Part shown: positions 13,301-25,069 of the stretch, in pieces
Numbering within the stretch: position 1 is the first letter of the stretch
How the letters are laid out: every line of letters begins with the position of its first letter
Assembly: GCA_002633005.1 (NCBI GenBank)
Contig: NMRA01000216.1
Coordinates: 592,441-656,440 of the forward strand
Reading direction: 5' to 3'
From: Phoronis australis
Taxonomy: Eukaryota > Animalia > Phoronida
Length of the DNA: 64,000 bases
Program-made: the position numbers and the translations under genes
The notes under the pieces: generated by a model
Told to the model about the DNA's origin: nothing
The model's database searches: none
The model's input: only the letters and a program-made list of their open reading frames with translations

Positions 13301-16300
13301 TAAGGAAAAGTACATTTTGAAAGCATTCTTGTCTTTCTCGTTCTCATTTGCATAATTTATGAAGCTAGTTGCTCTTAGCTCAGACCACTAAGCTACCTCT
13401 GGTATATCCAAATAGAAGTTAATAATTTTCTTATTCACAGTTTTAATGAACAAAAGTGCCGTTTTAAGTACTAAGTTGTATTGTCATTAGTGAGAATCAT
13501 CTTTCTGAATTTTTGTTGCTAATCTTAAAAATGTTTATTTGGCTTTTATTCAGAAAAACATGCTTCACTGGATCAAACCACCGTGTGTGCATTATGATCT
13601 TGAGGAAGATTCGTTTGACGTTGACGACAAGGAGAGATTAGAAACCATTATACAGAGTCCTTATCCGTTGTCAAAAGGTAATTAAAGTAATTCGCGTTGA
13701 TTTTGACAATTGCCACATTACATATTTTCACCGTCCTTTTTTACTATGCTAAATAGTTGGTTACAAAAGGATGCATTCAGGTCTTCTGCTATTACTTGAA
13801 TGTCTTCCAATCTTCATAGTCAAACATTTAGAAAAAAAAGAGTAAAGCTTGTAACAAAAATTTTTGATTATTTTTTATCTCAATTTCGTTATGGCCTGGC
13901 GCTGTGGGATGAGTATTCCAATTTCACTGACCTTCTAGTCGGGATACAGCTGTGTCATCATCAGTTTGACAGTGATGGCAAGGGAAGAAAGTTGGCAAAC
14001 TAATGTTTACATAGTCCAGCTCTCTCATTGTCTGCGTTCATCTGATAAGCTCATGTAATCCATCAATTATGTTGGTTGTAAACAGCTTGCCTGACGCTAA
14101 CCGATATTTAAAAAATACTGTTTTCAAATTGCGTTCAACAAATGTCATGAAGAAGGTGCGTTTTGAATGACATACTATCGCCAAAAAAACTTTGAACGGA
14201 AAAAAATGGTTGACTTTCAGAGAAATCAGACCTTTCACCTGCTGATTCCTTTGTGTGACTGCAAGTTCTGACCCACTCACTACCACAACATTGTGTATCA
14301 ACACAATAGGCTTGTTTGTCAAGTTTGATCAAACGTGATACTAGATCAGATCGTGATGTTGGAAATTTCTTTGTTTTAACAGTCCGTTGTTAGCGTTCTT
14401 CATTTACATATTCGTGTTTTTGTAGACATACAGCATTTTGAAGTTGTTGTACATGAAGTGAGTGACAAAGGTGAAGGGCCAACCATAGCCATATCAACGT
14501 GCAGCCCCCTCAAACCATCACCTACGTGTAAACTGCTCAGGGATTATTTCAAGTGGCATCCCAATGGTGAAAGTGAGTATTATGTTTGTGTTGCAATTTC
14601 TGGACAGTCTGGAAGATATATTGTCAGTGATGACATTTTGCAGGTATCACTCTTGAATGTGGGATGTTTGTTTGCATTTTACCTGCGAGTCTTAGCATTA
14701 AATCACTTGGTTGCCTATGTTGCTATAAATTTGGTTTTCATAAAAGTGCAATAATGTGTGATGACCTTATGTCAACTCCCAGAGTGCATTTGGACTTGGA
14801 TTTGTGACCAAAAGGTACATTGCTTTATTATTACTGAGTTGGTTTTACCTGCTGTAGGCCTCAAAGTAGAGAAAGGACAGAGGATGGGTTGGGGTGTTCA
14901 CTACCATCCTGATCTTCATGGCAACAAACTCCACGACGACCGAGCACAACAGCTGGTTCTGTGCTATGTGACCTTGGACACTACAATTGTCTTCTGCCAA
15001 ATGATGTTACAGCCAGCAGGGGGCTGGTATCCCTTGGCTATTCTGCACCCTTATGGTACTCATTTTGTATGGTTTTGTAGTAATCGTGCAGTCTAACTTT
15101 ACACAAATACATGTGAGGTGCATTATGCTGTTGTCTATAATGAGGTGGAGTCTGATCTTGTACTATTTCTACCGATTATTTTCAAAATGGCTGGATGGAA
15201 TATGGTCAGATATCAACACTTTAGGACACAGTATGGCGAAAAAGTGAAATTTTCATTTTTTTCTTAAGAGACGAGTAATTTCAATTGAAATAAAGGCTTC
15301 ATTTTTATTTTTTTTGCTGTAGTTACCACCAGACAATGCTTTGACAAACTGTGGGCATTTATAACAATGTCAGAGGGTGGTAAGAAGTCAGTTTTAGTAA
15401 TTGCTTTTGTTCGAAATTAGTCAGATTTTACCATGTAACAAATTTGTTCAAACTTCTTTGGTAGAGCATGATTCTTCTGTTGTGGAACTCGCTGGTAATC
15501 ATTGACTCTGATATGGAAAATTTTGGGCTTTGAGTCTGCTATATAGTAACCCAATGTACCAAATAGTTTCACAAATTATTTTACTTAATACAGATATGTC
15601 CGTCAGACTGATTTTCTTGTTTTGAGGCTAGATATTTAATTGGCCAAAAAAGATTGAAACTAAAGTATGCCCTTGACTTTCCTAGATTGGTCTCGTTCTT
15701 TGCTGCTACAGAATTCTTCCGCTACCAACAAGACTGTAGAAACTGTCAGTGACTCAAAAAGTGGCTTCAGTATTTTTATGGGGTTAGTCAACCCTAAATT
15801 TGGAATTCGAAAATGTTACAGTGACTGAGACTAGGGTTGGAACTGAAAATGGAATCCTATTCCAAATAAAGTAAATTATGAGACAAATTTCTTGAGAGAA
15901 GCACTAATACAGTTAAATGTTTATCCAGCTAAACAGGGCCAAACTACAGTGTTAAATTCCAGGTGAATGATTTTGTCTAGACACTTGGATTTTGTTGTGC
16001 ATTGTACTTGACACCTGGTACTGATCCCACTGTATGAATATGACAAGTTTGTCAATACTTGAAACACCCGTGATTTGCGCATGCTATCTGCCATCTTCTT
16101 GTCAACAGCTAGTAAAGTTCAAATCGACATGGAGACTAATCCCAAACCAGTGATTCTATTGGAGCTGGACCGTCTGTATATGGAGGCATTACCTAGGGCA
16201 GAGAAGGAGCTCAAGGCAGACAATGCTATCACAAGTAAGACATTCAAGTGAATGGTGGTCACCACTTTAAGTTATTCATTACTTTATACAAGTTGTACCC

Positions 16301-19300
16301 TGGGAATATTGTTTCAAGTTTTTGATTTCCCTTAAATAATGGCCGTCAGAATCATTTGTAAAACTATGTTGGAAGTCTTCTTTTTGATGGCTGGTAGCTT
16401 TTTTCTTCGGTTATGGACTACAAAATAAATTTGCATAATTTTTGTGCAAATCTACTGTCAAGTTAAACTTAAGAAAATTCTATTCAAAATTGTCAAATAT
16501 GCTGGAAATCAAAATGTCAAGTGATTGAAGTGTTTCCTCTAAGAATTCTCATGTTTAGTGCATAATTCTTGAATTTTAACGAATTCCCAAGGGTAACAAT
16601 GGCAAAGTGAGATAATACAGTATCTAAAAGTCAATATTGAATTTAAAAAATTCTACGAATAACTCAGACTGATTGGGAGCTACTGTAAGGGGACTGTATG
16701 GCTGTCCAGTATAACACCTCCAGTGATGCTATGTCCTTTCATGTTGACCACTGTCAGTGGACCACAGGTTAACACTTCCACTCTGTGCTCTCTTCACAGT
16801 GGTCCACGACGCCTTCTTCAATCGTAGCCGGGATCTTGAAGTCAGTATCAATGACATCTACACCACAGTATGTCTTGATGAAGACAAGTTTGGAGTTCAC
16901 ATCATACAACTTGGCATACCTTTAAAGGAAGACTTCCCGTACTTCTGTGTGGAGATTAACAAACTTAGTAAGTATATTGTTTTAAGTAAGACATCTGATT
17001 GTCGAGAGGTGACCAGTGGATTTTCTCAGACTCTGTATAACAGAATCTCATACAGATTGTGTATGCTTCACAGAACAAACGCTTCTCCTTTGGTACAGTG
17101 TTAAACTCGTGCTTACTGTCAAAAATGGCCACTTATCATCTCAAATTGTTTCTTAGTCGTGGTATTTTCTCTAGTAACTTCAGTGCCTTGCAAAATGAAC
17201 TTCGGGACTCTTGGAATGAGGAATGGACCAATTGTTCGAAGTAAAACCATTTCATGAATCTAACATTTCAGTGTTAGTATTATTTTACACTTTTTGGGAT
17301 ATCCTGTTATTTGTTATTTGTTCAGATTGCATTTGTAAGCAGTTGTAGCTTGGGTTCTAATTTCTACGATTGTTTTTTTTTTCAGGTGAAGACTCAATGC
17401 TTTGTTTTGGGGTGGCACCTCCTGACTTTCCACAGAACAAATACCCTGGAAGACTGCCAAACTCTGTTGGTTATCAGTCACGTGATGGGAAAATGTTCTA
17501 TAATAATAAGGACAATGGCAATACAAAAGGAGAGAGGTTTGGTGCAGGTATGTCACGCCTTAACTTGTGTAGGCATTAATGGATGGAGTTGGCCTCTTCC
17601 AAGCTCTAGGAGTTGGTTGCATTTTTGAGTATGGCATTTTTTCCAGTTGAAATGTCTGTTTTTTCTTTGATAAAATTGTGCAACGCAGTAAGCATAGTTG
17701 TGGTACTTCTAGGATAAATACTAATAAGTCATTGTTGTATACTGATAAGTGAAAAAGGTTTGTACGAAAGAGTTAACTGACCTGACCAAACTGGTCTGGC
17801 CATGACATAAACTGTGGCTGTTAGATATGATGTGGATAGAAAATGTTTTGCTATTTCAGATATGACATGCAGTTGCATGTTGTTGTTTTTTTGTACATAT
17901 TCATTCAATGAAACTGGGCAAGTCTAATCGCAGTCATTGTCTTCCATATCTTTTCAAGCAAAGGTACATTTCGAAATGTGCAGTACATTCTAAATTCACT
18001 TTCTCAGATGTTTTGACGCTTAAAAGCAACAAACCATCTTGCTTCCGTCTGCTGTCATCATTTACGTCTGCTTTCCTTCAGGTGACATTGTTGGTGTAGA
18101 GGTCGAATCATTTGAATCAGAAGCTGCTGTGGCTTTGTTCTGCAAGAACTACCGACCAATAGGAACGCGGTTTGTCACCATACCCAATCGCACGGATTTC
18201 CTTCCAACTGTGGCACTGTATGGCAATTTTAGCAGGATCGAAATCAAAATTGTCTGGCAGACACGTCTTTCCACTCCTCCCATTTTTTCTGTCGTAAGTG
18301 GTTTTTGATGAATTTGTGCTTAAAGCTTTCATGTAAATCCTGTAAACTGAGGTCATAAAGATCAGAAGTCTGTTGACATTTGTCTTTGATCTTGAGTCTT
18401 AAGTTATTATTGTTGGTACTCTGTCACTAGCATTGCTCAACAGTTGTAAAATGATTCACGATTGCATATTTGCATTGTTGTTATCAAGCATATAGGTTTC
18501 ACAAAACAGGGTCCAGAAGTTGCTCTGAAGTATCTTCTCATGATTACTTAGGGTAGTATCTGCTGCTTTGTGACTGCTTTGTTACTAGGCCCTTTGTTGG
18601 TTGAGTGACACGTTTTTATTGGCTGCCCTGGTCACATGACAAAGTACTCCCAAAGAACATTTTGAAATTCTGGTGTTTACTTGATATTTGTTTATGTAAG
18701 TCTATGGTAAAATATATATCGCTTAGTTAATAAAGATATTAGGATATTACCACTAATTTCAATGATCTCTTAGAGTTCCAAGAATTTCAACTACAAAATT
18801 CTAGATTCAGTTGTCTAAATTTGCACAGTTAACAGCAGTGATGTCCAATTTTCTGCAACAATAAGAAATTTGTCAATGTTATATAATGTAAGTGTTTATG
18901 CTAGACAGGCTTTTGTAAACTGTCTGTACAACTAAGTAATTAATCTGAGTGCATTAATTGGCTTTAATCACTTTGTATAAAATTATAACGTGGCGTTCAT
19001 TTAGCCATCACCAAGAAGTGTACTTTTGAACAGCGTCTACATATAACATCGTTATTCTCTTGCAGACTAACCTAGAACACTGGTGTCTACCAGAGGGGTC
19101 ACGGGTAGACAAAGAGTGCGATATTCTGTACATTGAAGAAGACCATAGCGACTCCAAGGTGTTGCAGGCTCCTTATAGCTTAGCCAGACGTAAGTAGCAT
19201 GTGGAGCGGACTGTAACTGTAGAGGGTATAGCAAGTACTGTGAAGTGTCATCGGATTTGAACAAAAGTAATTATGTTCAAATTTGGCATTTTCCAAACGC

Positions 19301-22300
19301 TCACTGTGTTACCAGAAATGTTCAAAATTTCATTGTGTGTGTTTGTTAATTTCAGCTGTACTATGTAAAGTTTTCAAGTGATCAAGAAAAACTCTTTTTG
19401 TTTACTCTTGTTGAAAATTTTGTTAAAATAACTGGGGTTAGCAACTGATTGAGTTTGCCTAATTGCGCCTGAAGGATTTTCTTTATTTCAAATTGTATGT
19501 CTACTAGCCTTTTTCTTGTGATGTAAGAAATTTAAAACAGTGCAATATTCTTATAATCACATACGTGTGCAATAATTAATGTGGCATGCTTTTTCAGACT
19601 ACAATCACTTTGAGATTCGAATCATGGAGGAGTACACCGACTCCTGTCCCCCTCCGGCCATAGCCCTGTGTACAGCCAGTCCTCTTGATCCACCTTCTAC
19701 GTCAAATTTTAAACAGGATGTCATACGCTTCTGGGCTGGCACTACACGTGAGTCAATGTCTGTCCAACTGTGTGAAGGACATTTAAGAGTGTGTTGTTTC
19801 TTATAAATTAGTAGAAGATAAAAACAAAGTACCGTTTTTTTTTTCAACTTTATTTTTGACATTAGAATGGATATCTTGTAACATGTGACTTCCTGCAGTG
19901 GGTATTCATTTTAGCGGTTTTAAAAACACTTGTTTAGAAAGTGTATTGGGTAATTATTTTTGTTGTTTTAAATCTCAAATTGCTAAGCACACAAAATCTC
20001 AATTCTTTATTTTAGAGCCTTGGTTAATTTTCTTTTTAAATTATGCTTTTATTAGCTCCATAAATGCTGTTTTGTTAAATAGCTTATATTGGCAACATTA
20101 ATTTTTCAGCCGAAGGCCTCATTAAGAAGGGGGACCGCATTGGTTGGGGACTGTTGTATCCTCACAGCAAGATGGATGAGGACCAGCTGGTCATATGCTA
20201 TCTGACTATCAACAGAGACGTCGCTCTCACACGAGTGCTGTTCGAGCCACCAGGGGGATTCTTTCCTGTTGTGGTGCTCCCACCCGGAAGTAAGTATGGC
20301 AAGCGGTTTTCAAGCATTTAGTGCAGACTTATGCAATGGAAAACTCAAACATTCACTTGGTGTCGCTATTGAAACAAGGGACCTTTCCGTAGAAATGCCC
20401 GTGTTCACATGGGTCACTTATCACACGAATGTCCCGATACAGATGAACTACTATCTGCTCTTAATCTATTCATGTATCAAAAAGAGGGACCTTTATTCCT
20501 GAGCGCCACCTAGGGAATAGCAAGTCGCTCATTACCTTTGTTGAAGGGGTTCGAGTTTATTGCCAACTTTTGGTAGCATGTTTAAGTTCATTCACTTTCA
20601 AATTGTACGGAAAAGCATTGAAGATGACACAGTGTGAAAAGTTGTAAGTCACACATCCTGGTAATCGGGGCTTGGAATTTCCCTCTTTTAAGAGGATTTC
20701 CTCTTTTTTGGTTTCAATTTCCTCTTATTTGATTTCCAGTTTCTTCTTTTTCACTCATTATTTTGACTTTATTCATGCAAAAACAACTATTTCAGTTAAA
20801 TTTTACAACACAGAAATTATGTCTATGCCACAAGCCTATTTACTCATGGAATGATACATCACCTGGAAAATTTTCCTCTTTTATTGTCCTTGGTCATTCC
20901 AAGCCCTGGGTAATGACTGTAATATAATTTCCCTGACAGTAAGTTCCAGAAGTTGTGACTAATAATTTCTTGAATCTAGTGAATTCATCTGCATGAATGG
21001 TAATGTCATCTAAAGTAAGAGGACAGGTATTTTACATATTTTATCGTAAAAGTCACTTACATGGCTCCTAGATTTTGAGAACCATTTTTCTCAACTGAAT
21101 AACGGACATCAAACTAGTCCTGAAATCAGGGGTCCTCTGTAAGTGACTATTGCCATTTTGTAATTTTAAACTGGATTTTTTTATTTGTAAATCAAAACAG
21201 ATACTGAATCTAATAAGATTTGGGGGTCTATAAACATATCTATGTATGATACCGAGTGAGCACACAAGTTGTATTCAGTCATGCGAGTTCATAGAATCAC
21301 GTGCAATTAGTGATCAGATAGTTATGTAAGACAATGAAAGCAGTTCATTGATACATTTGTATCAATTGGTGTTGTTCAATATTAATTTTAGGAAAATGTG
21401 AACACTATCATAGTAATTTTGTTTCTTTCATGTGTTAAGTGTGGCTTTCTTAACATGCCTTGATCATAGAGATAATTCAGTAATTGTTCAAGATCTGTCA
21501 GAACACATAGCCATTACTTTTCTGAGATCAGATAAGTCATTTTGATTCACACAATCTGTCTGAACCATGGTGTTGTGCTGCATTCAGTTGCATGCAGTAA
21601 ACATCATGTTTCCCCTGTAAAGTAATAGACAAGATGACATCCAGACACCTGTTATTCGTTATTCTATGGAAATGTCTGGCTGTAACTGAGGTACTGATGT
21701 CAGCTAAGGCTGGTCCTACCCAAGTTACAGTGGAGTTACCTGTCTCGGGTGAAATCTTGGCACTGATACATAATAAATTAATATCTATCGTCTTGACACA
21801 TCCTCTTTTCAGTTTCACTGTACTGTGCAGGAAGCCACAAGTAAATAGGGCAAGTGTTGATTATTATTGTGTATTGATCAGTTTTGAATTTTTGTATTGA
21901 CTTTAACCAAATCATAGCTTTGGGAGTACACCAGACAATAGCTGTTAAGGCTGCATGTAAAAATTTGTTTTACATTGTAATTGTTCTTGGGATATGAAAT
22001 GTAATCACAGTGCAATGTTCAGTTCTGTCAGTTCTCATTATCCAACTGTCTTTTTCAGCAAACAAGGTAAAGATGGACTTCAGTGCCACTGTTATCCGTG
22101 AACACCCCTTTACACCACTAGCAATTAGTTTGTTATTGGATGAGGCCAGGAAATTAATAGTTGAAGAAAAGAACAGCATGGCTTCAGGCAAGGAAGGGAG
22201 CAGTGAATCTAAACTGTCCAAACAGTTGTTTCGTCCAATTCCTGCAGAGGCCGCTGCTGGAGACAAGGGAGATAAGTTCCAGGATCAGACAATAAAGGAA

Positions 22301-22495
22301 CGCAAAGATCCGAGAATGGTGGACGTTGTTGAGCAAGTGACTCATAAAAAAGATCAGCCAATAGATGGCTCTGGTGAACAATGCAAATCTACTGGTGGCG
22401 GTGGAGAGAATCCGCCACGAAAAAGAGAATTGATTGACAAATACAGAAGCAGGATGGTTGAAAAACAGCGATCAAAAACGTGTGTCATTTTATGA
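10341..22495 (+). CDS. SPRY-domain protein related to SPRYD3, internally duplicated (four SPRY-like modules), C-terminal CaaX (CVIL); 15 coding exons, ~859 aa
   Basis: Exons 10341-10524 (acceptor just before 10267), 10990-11151, 11776-11863, 12922-13039, 13554-13677, 14426-14572, 14858-15055, 16109-16234, 16800-16967, 17386-17547, 18082-18293, 19066-19189, 19598-19747, 20110-20289, 22059-22495. All GT-AG, phases consistent, 2580 nt open frame. SPRY motifs HPGNWNNTVGYQSNTG..GEKFGIGDVFGV and YPGRLPNSVGYQSRDG..GERFGAGDIVGV. Start codon assigned to the first in-frame ATG; strict SPRYD3 orthology is not established. Confidence 0.85.
20666..20908. mobile_element. TIR MITE with a 6-bp target-site duplication
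   Basis: TIRs CGGGGCTTGGAAT / ATTCCAAGCCCTG; GGTAAT duplicated at 20660-20665 and 20909-20914. Confidence 0.7.
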
Positions 22496-24575
22496 TTTGT
22501 GGGTCATGGCCATCAGCTTGGAATCTCTGTATTTTACGTGTGGTCTGGAGAAACCAACATGGTGTAATAATAATCTTGTTTGAAGCATTCAAAATGTCAA
22601 TATTTTTACAAGTGAATCAATCTAACAAATTTGGTTTTGCAACAGAGGGCGAGTGATGACTATTTATAAATGAAATGATGGGAGAAGTAAAAAATTCGCC
22701 TCTAGAGAGGAGAGATGCTATTGAAAAATGCTATTTTCATCTTAATTTGTAAGTTAAAATGATAGAAATAGTGATTAAAAATCCCTTATTGTTTTGAGCA
22801 TCTTAGTTGCCCTGTTGACTATATTGTAAAGTGAATGATCAAGTTTTATACTGTTGCTAGGAAGTTAGGAGATAGGTCTACTCAGGGACAAAAACACACT
22901 AGTTGTCTTCTGATTGTTCTGTAATTGTCCAGTTGACTTTATAATCGTGTCCGTTTTAAAGATCAAGGTAGGTTTGTACTCCATCTAAATGTCCCATGTC
23001 ATTCAGTTTTTTTTTGTACAGCGTGTTGCCTTTTACCTTGTCATGTTAACAAATCATGTTCACATCCATGTTTTAGAAACATTCCACTGCAAAATGTTCT
23101 CTCTCTTCAAAGTTTAGTATTTTCTTTGATAATGAGGAGAATAATTCCAATAATCTCATTACCATTTGGAGATGTTTTCCACTCATTTGTTCTATGTTTT
23201 CCTTGTATCAAAGCAGCAACTTTGCTCTGTCAGTTTATTTTAACTAAATACTTTTGTCTGTGATCAGTGATATTTGTGTGTTGTTTCAGAATTGTTTCTC
23301 ATCTAACAGTGTTGTCATGTCTCATTTCTGAGAGTAAAAACTTGTGGTGGTCACTTTGGTTAAACGCCCTGTCGACACATTCCGAATTTTCGTATACAAC
23401 TTTGCACTAAAAATTTGAATACGGTATGGGAGTCTTTAGATGGTTCCATTCCGGGCTTGTCTATTCAGAATTCAAAGGGGGTAATAAAACAATTGTTCTC
23501 AACCAGGACCATAAACCTTTTGTTATGCTCAGCGTTTATAACTGGGACAGTTGTATGGCTAAGAGCAAGCATGTCAATTTCAGAAGGCCTATTGTGTGTG
23601 AAGAACGCCCATGTTATGTACAACCATCTGCAAATTCTAAGCCACTATCGGGACTAGTTATCCCCTCCAAGCCCATAATGCCAAAAGTCCAATATGTAGT
23701 CTGATATGATACCGTGTATGCAAAATCAGTATGTGTAGACAGTGCTAGCATTGTTTCTTCAAAATTGTGGTGGTTACATGTTGTTCATTAGGTGGATAAT
23801 TGTTGTCTGACATTTGACTGAATTGATTCCAAACAAACTTGGGAACCTTGGGAATATTTGCTTCCGATTTGCCACTTAATGTTTGTAAGTACTCAGGTGT
23901 CCCCTTTTACACTATAAAGCAGTTACACTTGCCGTCGTTTGAAGCCAAGGTCCATGTTATTCCACGTTTTTGAAAATGCTTTGAAATCCATTTTCAAGGA
24001 CTGTCATAAGCAAACATGTCATGAATGAGATGGTGTACAAATAAGCAGCTGTTAACAGCATTTTTTGTTCATCTTCTAGTAAATAGAGCGAAAAAGTCTC
24101 CTTACCAATTGTACACGTCATTAGGTAACACAATTTTAGTCACAAATGGACCAGAAGTGACTTACTGCGTCAAGTGCAGGTCATAAGTACTCATTCCAAA
24201 ATCTGGAGGAAAAATTATTTCTTAGTTGGGTAAGAGCCAGTTCAAAGTCAAGTGTCGGAGCAAATGATCTTGAATACTGCTTAATTTGTATTCATCGAAT
24301 TTGTTTGGTGTGCTGAATATGAATTTTGTCAAAGTTTGCTGAAAGAATCTCATTAATATGCACATATTACTTTATAATTTTGTAGTCATGTTGTTACAAG
24401 CCATCATTCCAATACAAATGTGCCAAGGTAACCATGGCAAGATGTCTAAGGTCGGAATTTGTTTATCGAGTGTACGAAAATTGTTTTAATGCCATAGAAC
24501 ATTATGTTGCAAAGTAAACTATCTGGTGAATTGGATGCTTTCGTTATTGTTGTTCAAGCCAACTTACGGTAGACG

Positions 24576-25069
24576 TTAAGGTTATATAGGATCATGAAAA
24601 ATTTGGCTTCGGAACGTCATATCCCAGAAAGGACTGACCTTCATGCGAAGTTTTCAGATATCATACCTAATGCACTGTTCTCCAAAACACTGTTAAGAAA
24701 TGCTTTTAAAATATTTCACTTATTCATTAGGGCTAGCAAACAGGAGTTTAATGATTTTTATGCAAACGACAAAAAATTGAAAAAAAAAACTGTTAGTGTT
24801 TTTGAGACTTCCTTTTTAGTACAATTATATCAAGTGAGATTCGCTGTTATTGATATCGTTGTTTTGCTAAGAATGCACCTTTCTTTTTTGCTAACTTTAT
24901 TAAAACACATGACAAAGAGACCCAATTAATGGCAGATTGGTATAAAGTCAAAAATCAAATTCTACATCTTTTTCTTTCAGAAGAAATATTTTTTGTCGAG
25001 GTACAATCTTAAGTTTTCTACATATCTGGCTTAATACAGTTTTGTCCATGCGATCTTACATTACCTCAA
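24576..25069. mobile_element. TTAA/Kolobok-type MITE, opposite orientation to the 1064 copy
   Basis: TTAA-GGTTATATAGGATC ... GATCTTACATTACC-TCAA; interior matches the reverse complement of the 1400-1843 segment. Confidence 0.6.
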
